DNA of 12,907 bases from Candidatus Sericytochromatia bacterium (GTDB lineage Bacteria; Cyanobacteriota; Sericytochromatia; S15B-MN24; UBA4093), in assembly GCA_036676495.1 (NCBI GenBank), contig JAKFCT010000005.1, positions 1-12,907 on the forward strand, in the 5' to 3' direction. The notes below the pieces were generated by a model. The model made no database searches. It was not told the origin of the DNA and saw nothing but the letters and a program-made list of their open reading frames with translations. Both the position numbers and the translations under genes were made by a program. Below are positions 5,189 through 12,907 of this stretch, piece by piece. Positions within the stretch are counted from its first letter, which is position 1; every line of letters begins with the position of its first letter.

Positions 5189-6685
5189 TTGGAACCCACG
5201 ACCGCTAGCACCCCCGCTGAACTGACCGAGCACGAGCGCGTTCGCCGGCAGAAACTGGCCGAACTGCGGGAGAAGGGCATCGAGCCCTATCCCTACCGCT
5301 TCGAGCGCTCCCACTCCAACGAGGAACTCCAGGACGCGTACCGCGCCCTCACCGATGGCGAGGAGACGCAGGACGTCGTGCAGGTGGCCGGCCGCATCAT
5401 GGCCCGCCGCGACACCGGCAAGCTCCAGTTCATCGACCTGCTGGACGGCACCGGCAAGATCCAGCTCTTCATCTCCAAGGCCACCGTGGGCGAGCAGATC
5501 TTCGAGACCCTCTCGCTGCTCGACATCGGCGACTTCATCGGCGCCGAAGGCACCATCCGCCGCACCAAGAAGGGTGAGCTCTCGGTGGCCGTCACCGGCT
5601 ACGAGCTCTTGAGCAAGTCCCTGCGCCCGCTTCCCGACAAGTGGCACGGCCTCGAGGACGTCGAGACCCGCTACCGCCAGCGCTACCTCGATCTGATCGT
5701 CAACCCCGAGTCGCGCGACGTCTTCCGCAAGCGCTCGCAGATCCTCCGCGAGATCCGCCACTTCCTCGAAGATCGCGGCTTCCTCGAGGTCGAGACCCCG
5801 ATGCTGCACGCGATTCCCGGCGGCGCCGCCGCGCGGCCCTTCGTGACCCATCACAACACGCTCGACATGGAACTCCACATGCGCATCTCGCCGGAGCTCT
5901 ACCTCAAGCGCCTCCTGGTCGGCGGCTTCGAGAAGGTCTTCGAGATGAACCGCAGCTTCCGCAACGAGGGCATCTCGACCCGGCACAACCCCGAGTTCAC
6001 CATGATCGAGGTCTACCAGGCCTACGCCGATTACCAGGACATCATGGCCCTCACCGAGGACCTGGTCTCCCACGTGGCCAAGGTGGTCTGCGGCTCGACG
6101 GTGATCCCTTACGGCGATCGCATGGTCGATCTCACCGCTCCCTGGCCCCGCCTCACCATGGAAGAGGCCATCACCCGCCAGATCGGTGAGGACGTCGGCG
6201 CGCTCGACGTCAACGGCCTGATCACCCTGGCCGAGAAGCGGAACGTGCCCCTACCCAAGGAGCTCACCCGCGGCCGGATCGTCAACGAGATCTTCGAGGC
6301 CCTCGTCTGCGACGAGCTCATGGACCCGGTCTTCATCATCGACATGCCCGTCGAGATCTCGCCTCTGGCCAAGCGCCACCGGCTGCACCCGCAGCTCACC
6401 GAGCGCTTCGAGGCCTTCATCGTGGGTCGCGAGCTGGCCAACGCCTTCTCCGAGCTCAACGATCCGCTGGATCAGCGCGATCGCTTCGAGGCGCAGCTGC
6501 TCGAGCGGGAGATGGGCAACGACGAAGCCCACCGGATCGACGAGGACTACCTGACCGCCATGGAGCACGGCATGCCTCCGGCGGGCGGCCTCGGGATCGG
6601 CATCGACCGCCTGGTCATGCTGCTCACCAACCAGCCCTCCATCCGCGACGTGCTGCTCTTCCCGCAGCTCCGGCGGCGGGACTAG
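5189..6685 (+). CDS. lysS: Lysine--tRNA ligase (class II)
   Basis: OB-fold N-terminus, PLPDKWHGL, RYRQRYLDL, GGAAARPFVTHHN, RISPELYLKRL, FRNEGISTRHNPEFT, GMPPAGGLGIGIDRLVM. AGGAGG at 5177-5182 supports a TTG start at 5189 rather than ATG 5168. Confidence 0.98.
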   Translation: MEPTTASTPAELTEHERVRRQKLAELREKGIEPYPYRFERSHSNEELQDAYRALTDGEETQDVVQVAGRIMARRDTGKLQFIDLLDGTGKIQLFISKATVGEQIFETLSLLDIGDFIGAEGTIRRTKKGELSVAVTGYELLSKSLRPLPDKWHGLEDVETRYRQRYLDLIVNPESRDVFRKRSQILREIRHFLEDRGFLEVETPMLHAIPGGAAARPFVTHHNTLDMELHMRISPELYLKRLLVGGFEKVFEMNRSFRNEGISTRHNPEFTMIEVYQAYADYQDIMALTEDLVSHVAKVVCGSTVIPYGDRMVDLTAPWPRLTMEEAITRQIGEDVGALDVNGLITLAEKRNVPLPKELTRGRIVNEIFEALVCDELMDPVFIIDMPVEISPLAKRHRLHPQLTERFEAFIVGRELANAFSELNDPLDQRDRFEAQLLEREMGNDEAHRIDEDYLTAMEHGMPPAGGLGIGIDRLVMLLTNQPSIRDVLLFPQLRRRD

Positions 6686-6694
6686 GGGGGGCCT

Positions 6695-7636
6695 TTGGCC
6701 GAGTCGCGCTCGTTGATGAGCATGCTTTCCCTCTGGGGGCGCAACCTCCCGGTCCTCGTGATGCCTCCGGGCTCGTCGATCCTGCTCGCCGGGATCATCG
6801 CGCTCGCCGGCTGGGAAATCGGGCTCAACATGCCGTACGCCGTCTCCGACATCCTGGCCGTGCGCTCCATGGGGGCCGTCGCCCTCGGGGTCGCGACCGG
6901 TGGCACCGGCTGGCAACAAGCCTTCTCGGCCATCTACGCCACCCTCAAGGCCATGCCTTCTCCCTCCACCCCCGCGGTCGCCTCGGCCATCGTCACGGCG
7001 ACGGTCCTCCTGGTCGCCGCCGGGGGCTGGATCAATACCTCTCTCGCCCTCATCCGGGGCGAAACCCCCAGCGAAAGCACCTGGTGGCGGGGCGTGCAAC
7101 GCTCCTGGGTCTCGACCCTTTGGTTCTTGATCCTCTTCGGCTTGGCCTTTTCGGCCATCGGCCTCAGCGCCATCGCGGGAACCGCGGTCCTGCGGGGAGC
7201 CGTGACCGGCACCCTGGCCGCCGGAGCGCCCACCTTGATCGCCGCGGGCGGCGCGCTCGCCATGTTCTTCCTCTCCTTCATCGGCGCCTTCTACGGGATT
7301 GCCGTCACCTCCTTGACCGGCATCGTCGCCATCGCCGAGCCCCAGACGCCGTTCCTCAAGCTGCCAGCCCGGGCCCGCCGGATCTTCAAGGCGGGTGACG
7401 GCTGGCAGTTCCTGCGCCAGCTCTCGCTGGCCCTCTCGGTCTGGATCGTCCTCAAGACCCTGGCCTACCAGCTCGTCATTCCCTTCGCGCCGCTCGCCGC
7501 GCCCTTCGGTCAAGCCGCCTCCGTCGGAGGGGCCGTGCTCTACGCCATGCTGACGATCGGTGACGGGCTCGTCCTGCTGCTGGCCATCCTGCTGGCCTCG
7601 CGGACCTACCTTTACGGTAAGGAAAAGGTCTCCTAG
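6695..7636 (+). CDS. Polytopic membrane protein of unknown function
   Basis: About 6-8 hydrophobic segments. Starts 9 nt after the lysS stop (TTG 6695; alternative ATG 6716) and ends 2 nt before the GNAT start. Confidence 0.75.
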   Translation: MAESRSLMSMLSLWGRNLPVLVMPPGSSILLAGIIALAGWEIGLNMPYAVSDILAVRSMGAVALGVATGGTGWQQAFSAIYATLKAMPSPSTPAVASAIVTATVLLVAAGGWINTSLALIRGETPSESTWWRGVQRSWVSTLWFLILFGLAFSAIGLSAIAGTAVLRGAVTGTLAAGAPTLIAAGGALAMFFLSFIGAFYGIAVTSLTGIVAIAEPQTPFLKLPARARRIFKAGDGWQFLRQLSLALSVWIVLKTLAYQLVIPFAPLAAPFGQAASVGGAVLYAMLTIGDGLVLLLAILLASRTYLYGKEKVS

Positions 7637-7638
7637 CC

Positions 7639-8193
7639 ATGTTCCGCCATGCCCTCGGGGCAGACGCCGAACTACGCCTGCTCGAAGCGCGCCACGCCAG
7701 CGCGCTCTTCGCCCTGATCGACGACAACCGTCCGCACCTGCGCCAATGGCTGCCATGGGTCGATCTGACCCGCACGGTCGAGGACTCCCGCTCCTTCGTC
7801 GAGCTGACCCTGCGGCAATTCTCGCAAAGCAACGGCTTTCACGCCGGAATCTGGTACCAGGGCGAACTCGCCGGCATCATCGGACATCACCGGATCGACT
7901 ATTCCAACGGAGCCACCATCCTGGGCTACTGGCTGGGCGAACGCTTCCAGGGCAAGGGCCTCATGACCCGCGCGGTGGAAGCCTTCGTCCACCATGCCTT
8001 CATGGAGGTGAAGCTCAACCGCTTCGAGATCCGCTGCGCCGTCGGGAACGAGCGAAGCCGGGCGATTCCCGAGCGGCTCGGCTTCAAGCCGGAAGGCGTG
8101 CTGAGGGACGCCGAATGGCTGTATGACCACTTCGTCGACCATGTGATCTACGCGCAGCTCGCGAGGGAATACCTCGAACGAGCTGCGCGTTGA
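7639..8193 (+). CDS. GNAT N-acetyltransferase, RimJ/RimL family
   Basis: NRPHLRQWLPWV, LGYWLGERFQGKGLMT (acetyl-CoA motif A), NERSRAIPERLGF.EG.LR. Confidence 0.93.
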   Translation: MFRHALGADAELRLLEARHASALFALIDDNRPHLRQWLPWVDLTRTVEDSRSFVELTLRQFSQSNGFHAGIWYQGELAGIIGHHRIDYSNGATILGYWLGERFQGKGLMTRAVEAFVHHAFMEVKLNRFEIRCAVGNERSRAIPERLGFKPEGVLRDAEWLYDHFVDHVIYAQLAREYLERAAR

Positions 8194-8237
8194 TCCCAGG
8201 CCCAAGACCCCTTCGTGGCCGGCTAGCGGCCGGCTGG

Positions 8238-10673
8238 CTAGCGGGCTCCCGCCACCAGCCGCGGCACGTCCGCGCGGTCGGCTGACGCCGGCACGGCCCG
8301 CTCCTCATCCTTGAAGAAGGCGATCACTTCCAGCAGGACATGACCCTGGCGCTGGAGATCGATCGCGGCGCTGGCCACCATGCCGGCGGCGCTGGCCGTC
8401 TCGTGGGCCGAGCGATTGATGTACTCCACCGCCTGAACGATCTGTTCTCCGCCCTTCCGCTGCTCGGAGGTCGCCGCCGAGACCTGGAGAGTCATCCGGG
8501 TCATGGAGGCGAAGGCCTTGGCGATCTGCTCGGAGCCTTGCGCCTGCTCCCGGGTGGCGGACGAAACCTGCCGGGTGAGGTGATTCATGGAGGCCACGGC
8601 CTGAGTGATCTGCTCGGCGGCCCGGCTCTGCTCGCGGGTGGCCTGACTGACGTGCGTCATCAAGGAGGACACCTGCTCCACGGATCGCACGATGGATTCC
8701 AGGGCTTCGCCCGAGCCCTGGGCCAGCTGGGTGCCGTCGGCGATCGCCCTGCTGCCCTGCTGGGTGCTCTGGATGGCCAGCCCGGTCTCGTGCTGGATCC
8801 CGGTGATGAGCTTGGCAATCTCGCCGGTAGCCTTGGCGGAGCGCTCGGCCAGCTTGCGGACCTCGTCGGCGACCACCGCGAAGCCGCGGCCGTGCTCGCC
8901 GGCCCGCGCCGCCTCGATCGCCGCGTTGAGGGCGAGCAAGTTGGTCTGCTCGGCGATATCGTCGATCACCGAGATGATCGCCCCGATCTCCTCCGAGGAC
9001 TTGCCCAGGGACGCGATCACCGAGACGACCTCGTTCATGGCGCGGTTGATCTGGGCCATGCCTTCGATGGTCTGCGTGACCGATTGACGGCCCTGCTGCG
9101 CAGTCTCCGCGGCCTTCTCGGCGAACTCGCTCGCTTCGTGGACGTTGAGCGCCACCTGCTGTACGCTGGCCGCCATCTCCTCGATCGAGGCCGAGGTCTG
9201 CGAGACGGTTGCCGAGAGCGCGTCCGCGCTGGCCGCCACGTGCTCCACGCTGGACGCCGTCCGCTCCATCGCCGCGGAGGTCTCCGTCACCGAGTCGGTC
9301 AAGCTATCCGCATTGCCGGCCACCTGCTGGATGCTGGCGGCCATTTCCTCCATCGCGCTGGAAGTTTCCTCGACCGCCGAGGCCTGGGTCTGGGAGGACC
9401 GGGCCATGTGCTCGGCGCTTCCCGAGATCTGGTCGGCTCCCGACGCGACCGAGGCGGCCACGCTCCGCACCTGGCCGATGACCTGCCGAAGGTACCCGCG
9501 CATCTGCTCGAAGGTCTTTCCCAGCTCGCCGAGCTCGTCGTCCCCGAGCACGGTCACGGGATGGCCGAGCTCGCCCTTGGCGATGAACTGAGACGCCTCG
9601 GTCAGCTTCTGCAGGGGACGGAAGACCCGGCGGCGCATGACCACCGTCGCGAAGAGCACCATGCCGATGGTCAGCAGCGTCAGCACGATCACCATCGCGG
9701 ACTGGAGAAGTTGCTCCTGCTTGGCCAGCGCCACCCGCTGCGCCGTTTCGGCGCTGACGGCATCCGCCACGCTCAGGATGGCATCGATCCCCTCGGTGGC
9801 CGAAGTCATCCATTCGGCGCCGGTAACCGGGTAAGCGACCCCGCGGTTGCTCGCATCGTAAACCGCGGCGCGAACCTGCTGGAACTTGCCCAGGAAGATC
9901 TCATCCATGCGCTTGACGGCCGCGCGCACCTGGGAATCGCTCGACGACTGGGCATCGAGGGCCCGCAAGAGCTCGAGGTTCTGTTCCACGATGCCACGAT
10001 TCCGGCTCAGGGTCAGTCCCACGTCGGCGGGAATGGGGCGGTTCTGGGCGATGAACGATCCGAGCGCGGCGCGCTCGCGGCCGGCATATTCGGAGGCCAG
10101 GAAGACGATTTCCTTGATCTGGAGGTTGCTGCGGTAGGCCTCGTCCATGGGGTTCGACGCGACCAGGGCATCCCGCCGGACCACGCTCAAGGCCTCGATG
10201 TAGGCGGTCATCCCCCCGACCCACCGCTCGACCGCGATCGTCGCCGTCGACGTCCTGATCGCTTGATCCACGCTCACACGCGCCTCGTCGAGGGCCTTGC
10301 GGCGCTCCGCGAGGTTCGCGAGACTGGCATGGAGCGGGTGATTCGTCTTCCCGGCCACGATCCGCTCGGCGAGATGCTTGGCCTCCGCATACGAGGCGTC
10401 CCCGGCAAGGCGCAGCGTCTCGATCTTCTGGCGGGTCTCGGAGCTCACGTTCCGGACATCGGAAAGGGCCGTGGCCGTCAAGCCGCGCTCGACGGCCCCC
10501 TTCGCGGTGGCCTTCAGGGCGTTGTCCGCCAAGCGGTTGGCATCTTCCAGCCATTGGGTCTTCTGGTAATCGGAGACCACGTTGAAGGTCTGTTTCCCGA
10601 GCGTCGCGAGGACGGTCAGTGCCAGCAACCCATAGAGACCAAGCAGGATTTGTCGAATCTTCAATTGCTTCAT
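8238..10673 (-). CDS. Methyl-accepting chemotaxis protein with NIT-like sensor, HAMP domain and elongated signalling domain
   Basis: Two TM helices. Periplasmic ERGLT / EYAGRERA / W..SAT..ID motifs. HAMP (RPLQKL...GEL...DELGEL...F..M). Tip [45 protein letters not shown] spacing favours the second ATG (10673) over 10676. Confidence 0.95.
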   Translation of the reverse strand: MKQLKIRQILLGLYGLLALTVLATLGKQTFNVVSDYQKTQWLEDANRLADNALKATAKGAVERGLTATALSDVRNVSSETRQKIETLRLAGDASYAEAKHLAERIVAGKTNHPLHASLANLAERRKALDEARVSVDQAIRTSTATIAVERWVGGMTAYIEALSVVRRDALVASNPMDEAYRSNLQIKEIVFLASEYAGRERAALGSFIAQNRPIPADVGLTLSRNRGIVEQNLELLRALDAQSSSDSQVRAAVKRMDEIFLGKFQQVRAAVYDASNRGVAYPVTGAEWMTSATEGIDAILSVADAVSAETAQRVALAKQEQLLQSAMVIVLTLLTIGMVLFATVVMRRRVFRPLQKLTEASQFIAKGELGHPVTVLGDDELGELGKTFEQMRGYLRQVIGQVRSVAASVASGADQISGSAEHMARSSQTQASAVEETSSAMEEMAASIQQVAGNADSLTDSVTETSAAMERTASSVEHVAASADALSATVSQTSASIEEMAASVQQVALNVHEASEFAEKAAETAQQGRQSVTQTIEGMAQINRAMNEVVSVIASLGKSSEEIGAIISVIDDIAEQTNLLALNAAIEAARAGEHGRGFAVVADEVRKLAERSAKATGEIAKLITGIQHETGLAIQSTQQGSRAIADGTQLAQGSGEALESIVRSVEQVSSLMTHVSQATREQSRAAEQITQAVASMNHLTRQVSSATREQAQGSEQIAKAFASMTRMTLQVSAATSEQRKGGEQIVQAVEYINRSAHETASAAGMVASAAIDLQRQGHVLLEVIAFFKDEERAVPASADRADVPRLVAGAR

Positions 10674-10885
10674 CATTCACTCCTGGAATCGAGCAAGCCC
10701 ACGCCAACCGTGCGTCAGGACGACGGTGATAAGCAAGGTTTGGAGCCCGAGAGAAAACCGTGGAAGCGAGGACAAGGCAAGGCTCGACTTGACTTGGAAA
10801 CGTGCCGACTGAAGGGGCGACATAGAGGTTATTCCCCGTTAATGCGTACTTTTTGCGGACAGAAAGCGCTTTTTGACGTTCCGGG

Positions 10886-10930
10886 AAAGAATCACATGCG
10901 CCATGCGATCGAGATCACATGGCGCATGTG
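10886..10930 (-). terminator. Long hairpin, probable minus-strand terminator downstream of the thiolase
   Basis: CACATGCGCCATG (10893-10905) / CATGGCGCATGTG (10918-10930). The inner C/A mismatch is a G-U pair on the minus strand, followed by ATTCTTT. Confidence 0.6.
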
Positions 10931-10988
10931 GCGCGCGTCCTGGATTCAACACAGCCGCGTCTGCTCGCCCTGGCATGGAGCGGGGTTA

Positions 10989-11028
10989 CGCATCGAGGGC
11001 GGCCAGCAAACTGGCCGCCCTCGATGCG
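10989..11028. terminator. 18-bp perfect inverted repeat just downstream of the thiolase stop
   Basis: CGCATCGAGGGCGGCCAG-CAAA-CTGGCCGCCCTCGATGCG. No U-tract. Confidence 0.55.
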
Positions 11029-11047
11029 ATTCGATTTCGGAAGCGAG

Positions 11048-12229
11048 TTAGCGCTCGACGATGACGCCGGTCCCCATGCCCCCGCCGATGCAGAGGCTCG
11101 CCAGGCCGTAACGGCTGTCGCGGCGCTGCATCTCATGCAGCAGGGTGACCAGGATCCGGGCGCCCGAGGCGCCGACCGGATGGCCCAGGGCGATCGCCCC
11201 GCCGTTGACGTTGACCTTCGCCATGTCCGGCTTCACCTCGCGGGCAACGCCCAGCGACTGGGCCGCGAAGGCCTCGTTCAGCTCCCAGAGGTCGATCTGA
11301 TCGGGCGTGAGGCCCGAACGCTGGAACAGCTTCTGGCTGGTGGGGTGGGGGCCCATGCCCATCACCTCGGGTTCGACACCGGCCGAGGCGTAGGTCACGA
11401 TGGTCGCCAGCGGCTTGACGCCGAGCTCCTTGGCCTTCTCCTCGCTCATCAGGACCAGCGCGGCCGCGCCGTCGTTGATGCCCGACGCGTTGCCGGCCGT
11501 GACCGTGCCGTCCTTCTTGAAGGCGGGACGGAGCTTGGCGAGCGAATCGACGGTGGTCTCGGGCTTGGGGTACTCGTCGGTGTCGACGATCTTGGGCTCA
11601 CCCTTCCGCTGGGGGATGGAGACCGGGACGATCTCGTCCTTGAAGCGGCCGGCGGCCATGGCCTCGGCAGCCTTGCGCTGGCTCTCGGCGGCGAAGGCAT
11701 CCTGCTCCTCGCGGGTGATGCCGTAGCGCTCGGCGACGTTCTCGGCGGTGATGCCCATGTGGTAGTTGTTGAAGGCATCGGTGAGGCCGTCGTGGATCAT
11801 GGAGTCGACCATCTGGACGGCTCCCATCCGGGCGCCCCAGCGGGCGTTGGGAACGAGATAGGGAGCCGCGGACATGTTCTCCATGCCGCCGGCGACGATG
11901 ACGTCGGCGTCTCCCAGGAGGATGGCCTGGATGGCCAGGTTGACGGCCTTGAGGCCGGAACCGCAGAGCTTGTTGACGGTGAAGGCGGGCACCTCGGCGG
12001 GGACACCCGCCTTGATGGCAGCCTGACGGGCGGGACCCTGGCCGAGACCGGCCTGCAGGATGTTGCCCATGATGACTTCATCCACCTGCTCGGGGCTAAC
12101 CTTGGCCCGGTGAAGGGCTTCGCGGATCACGGTCGCGCCGAGCTCCACGGCGGGCACGTCCTTGAAGACGCCGCCGAAGGACCCGACGGGAGTGCGGACG
12201 GCGCTGGCGATGACGACTTTAATCGACAT
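11048..12229 (-). CDS. atoB: Acetyl-CoA C-acetyltransferase (thiolase II)
   Basis: NKLCGSG (active Cys), [26 protein letters not shown]. Start [16 protein letters not shown] at 12229 after a GGAAGGA SD. Confidence 0.95.
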   Translation of the reverse strand: MSIKVVIASAVRTPVGSFGGVFKDVPAVELGATVIREALHRAKVSPEQVDEVIMGNILQAGLGQGPARQAAIKAGVPAEVPAFTVNKLCGSGLKAVNLAIQAILLGDADVIVAGGMENMSAAPYLVPNARWGARMGAVQMVDSMIHDGLTDAFNNYHMGITAENVAERYGITREEQDAFAAESQRKAAEAMAAGRFKDEIVPVSIPQRKGEPKIVDTDEYPKPETTVDSLAKLRPAFKKDGTVTAGNASGINDGAAALVLMSEEKAKELGVKPLATIVTYASAGVEPEVMGMGPHPTSQKLFQRSGLTPDQIDLWELNEAFAAQSLGVAREVKPDMAKVNVNGGAIALGHPVGASGARILVTLLHEMQRRDSRYGLASLCIGGGMGTGVIVER

Positions 12230-12245
12230 AGGGGTTTCCTTCCAG

Positions 12246-12905
12246 TTAGGCGAGGGCGAGCTCGCGGACGTCGGGAGAGACCGTGAGCTTGGCCTCGGTC
12301 TTGGCAACGACCTCGTCGACGGTCACTCCGGGGGCGAGCTCCTTGAGCACCAGGCCCGCGCGGGTGACCTCGATGACGGCGAGGTCCGTGACGATCATGT
12401 TGACGCAGGCCTTGCCGGTCAGGGGCAAGGTGCAGGTCGTGCGGATCTTGGGGGTGCCGTCCTTGCTGGTGTGCTCCATGGCGACGATCACGCGCTTGGC
12501 GCCGGCCACGAGGTCCATGGCTCCGCCCATGCCCTTCACCATCTTGCCGGGGATCATCCAGTTGGCGATGTCTCCGAACTCGGAGACTTCCATGGCCCCC
12601 AGGATGGTGAGGTCGACGTGGCCGCCGCGGATCATGGCGAAGGAGTCGGCGGACGAGAAGTAGGCCGAACCGGCCAGCTCCGTGATGGTCTGCTTGCCGG
12701 CGTTGATGAGATCCGGATCCTCCTCGCCCTCGACGGGGAAGGGGCCGATGCCCAGGAGGCCGTTCTCGCTCTGGAGGACCACGTCCATGCCGGCGGGAAT
12801 GAAGTTGGCCACCAGGGTCGGCATGCCGATGCCCAGGTTCACGTAGTAGCCGTCACGCAGTTCCTGAGCGATGCGCTGGGCGATCTGATTACGATCCAAT
12901 GGCAT
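12246..12905 (-). CDS. scoB: 3-oxoacid CoA-transferase subunit B (ScoB/AtoA/PcaJ family)
   Basis: [10 protein letters not shown], catalytic [32 protein letters not shown]. Adjacent to the thiolase. Confidence 0.92.
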   Translation of the reverse strand: MPLDRNQIAQRIAQELRDGYYVNLGIGMPTLVANFIPAGMDVVLQSENGLLGIGPFPVEGEEDPDLINAGKQTITELAGSAYFSSADSFAMIRGGHVDLTILGAMEVSEFGDIANWMIPGKMVKGMGGAMDLVAGAKRVIVAMEHTSKDGTPKIRTTCTLPLTGKACVNMIVTDLAVIEVTRAGLVLKELAPGVTVDEVVAKTEAKLTVSPDVRELALA

Positions 12906-12907
12906 GA

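Noticed and set aside
5039-7756. Minus-strand ORFs 5039-6073 and 6251-7756
   Set aside because: Antisense to lysS and the membrane gene, with no independent coding evidence.
10790-10812. Minus-strand TCGGCACG as a sigma54 -24 box for the MCP
   Set aside because: No GC dinucleotide at the -12 position.
8340-12286. Plus-strand ORFs 8340-11051 (903 aa) and 10919-12286
   Set aside because: Antisense to the MCP and thiolase, with no domain signatures.

Overview
GC-rich bacterial chromosomal window with 11 credible CDSs and no tRNA, rRNA, CRISPR or transposase. A Ycf23/DUF561 gene among heterotrophic and chemotaxis genes tentatively suggests a non-photosynthetic relative of Cyanobacteria (inference). 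Plus strand: 3' end of an acyl-CoA dehydrogenase, a LysM protein with an amphipathic-repeat tail, an Ala/Gly-rich protein with a hydrophobic C-terminal hairpin, a coiled-coil hypothetical, a tandem PRC-barrel protein, DUF561, then lysS, a membrane protein and a RimJ/RimL GNAT. Minus strand: CoA-transferase subunit B, thiolase, and a NIT-domain chemoreceptor with an elongated signalling domain. The most striking feature is that the LysM gene's predicted 5' UTR (268-302, including the Shine-Dalgarno) is colinearly complementary to the almost G-free tract right after its own stop codon (1327-1357), predicting a 5'-3' panhandle mRNA. That gene and its neighbour share a sigma28-like CCGATAA box followed by GATGGAA, and both encode signal-peptide-less, putatively envelope- or membrane-active proteins.
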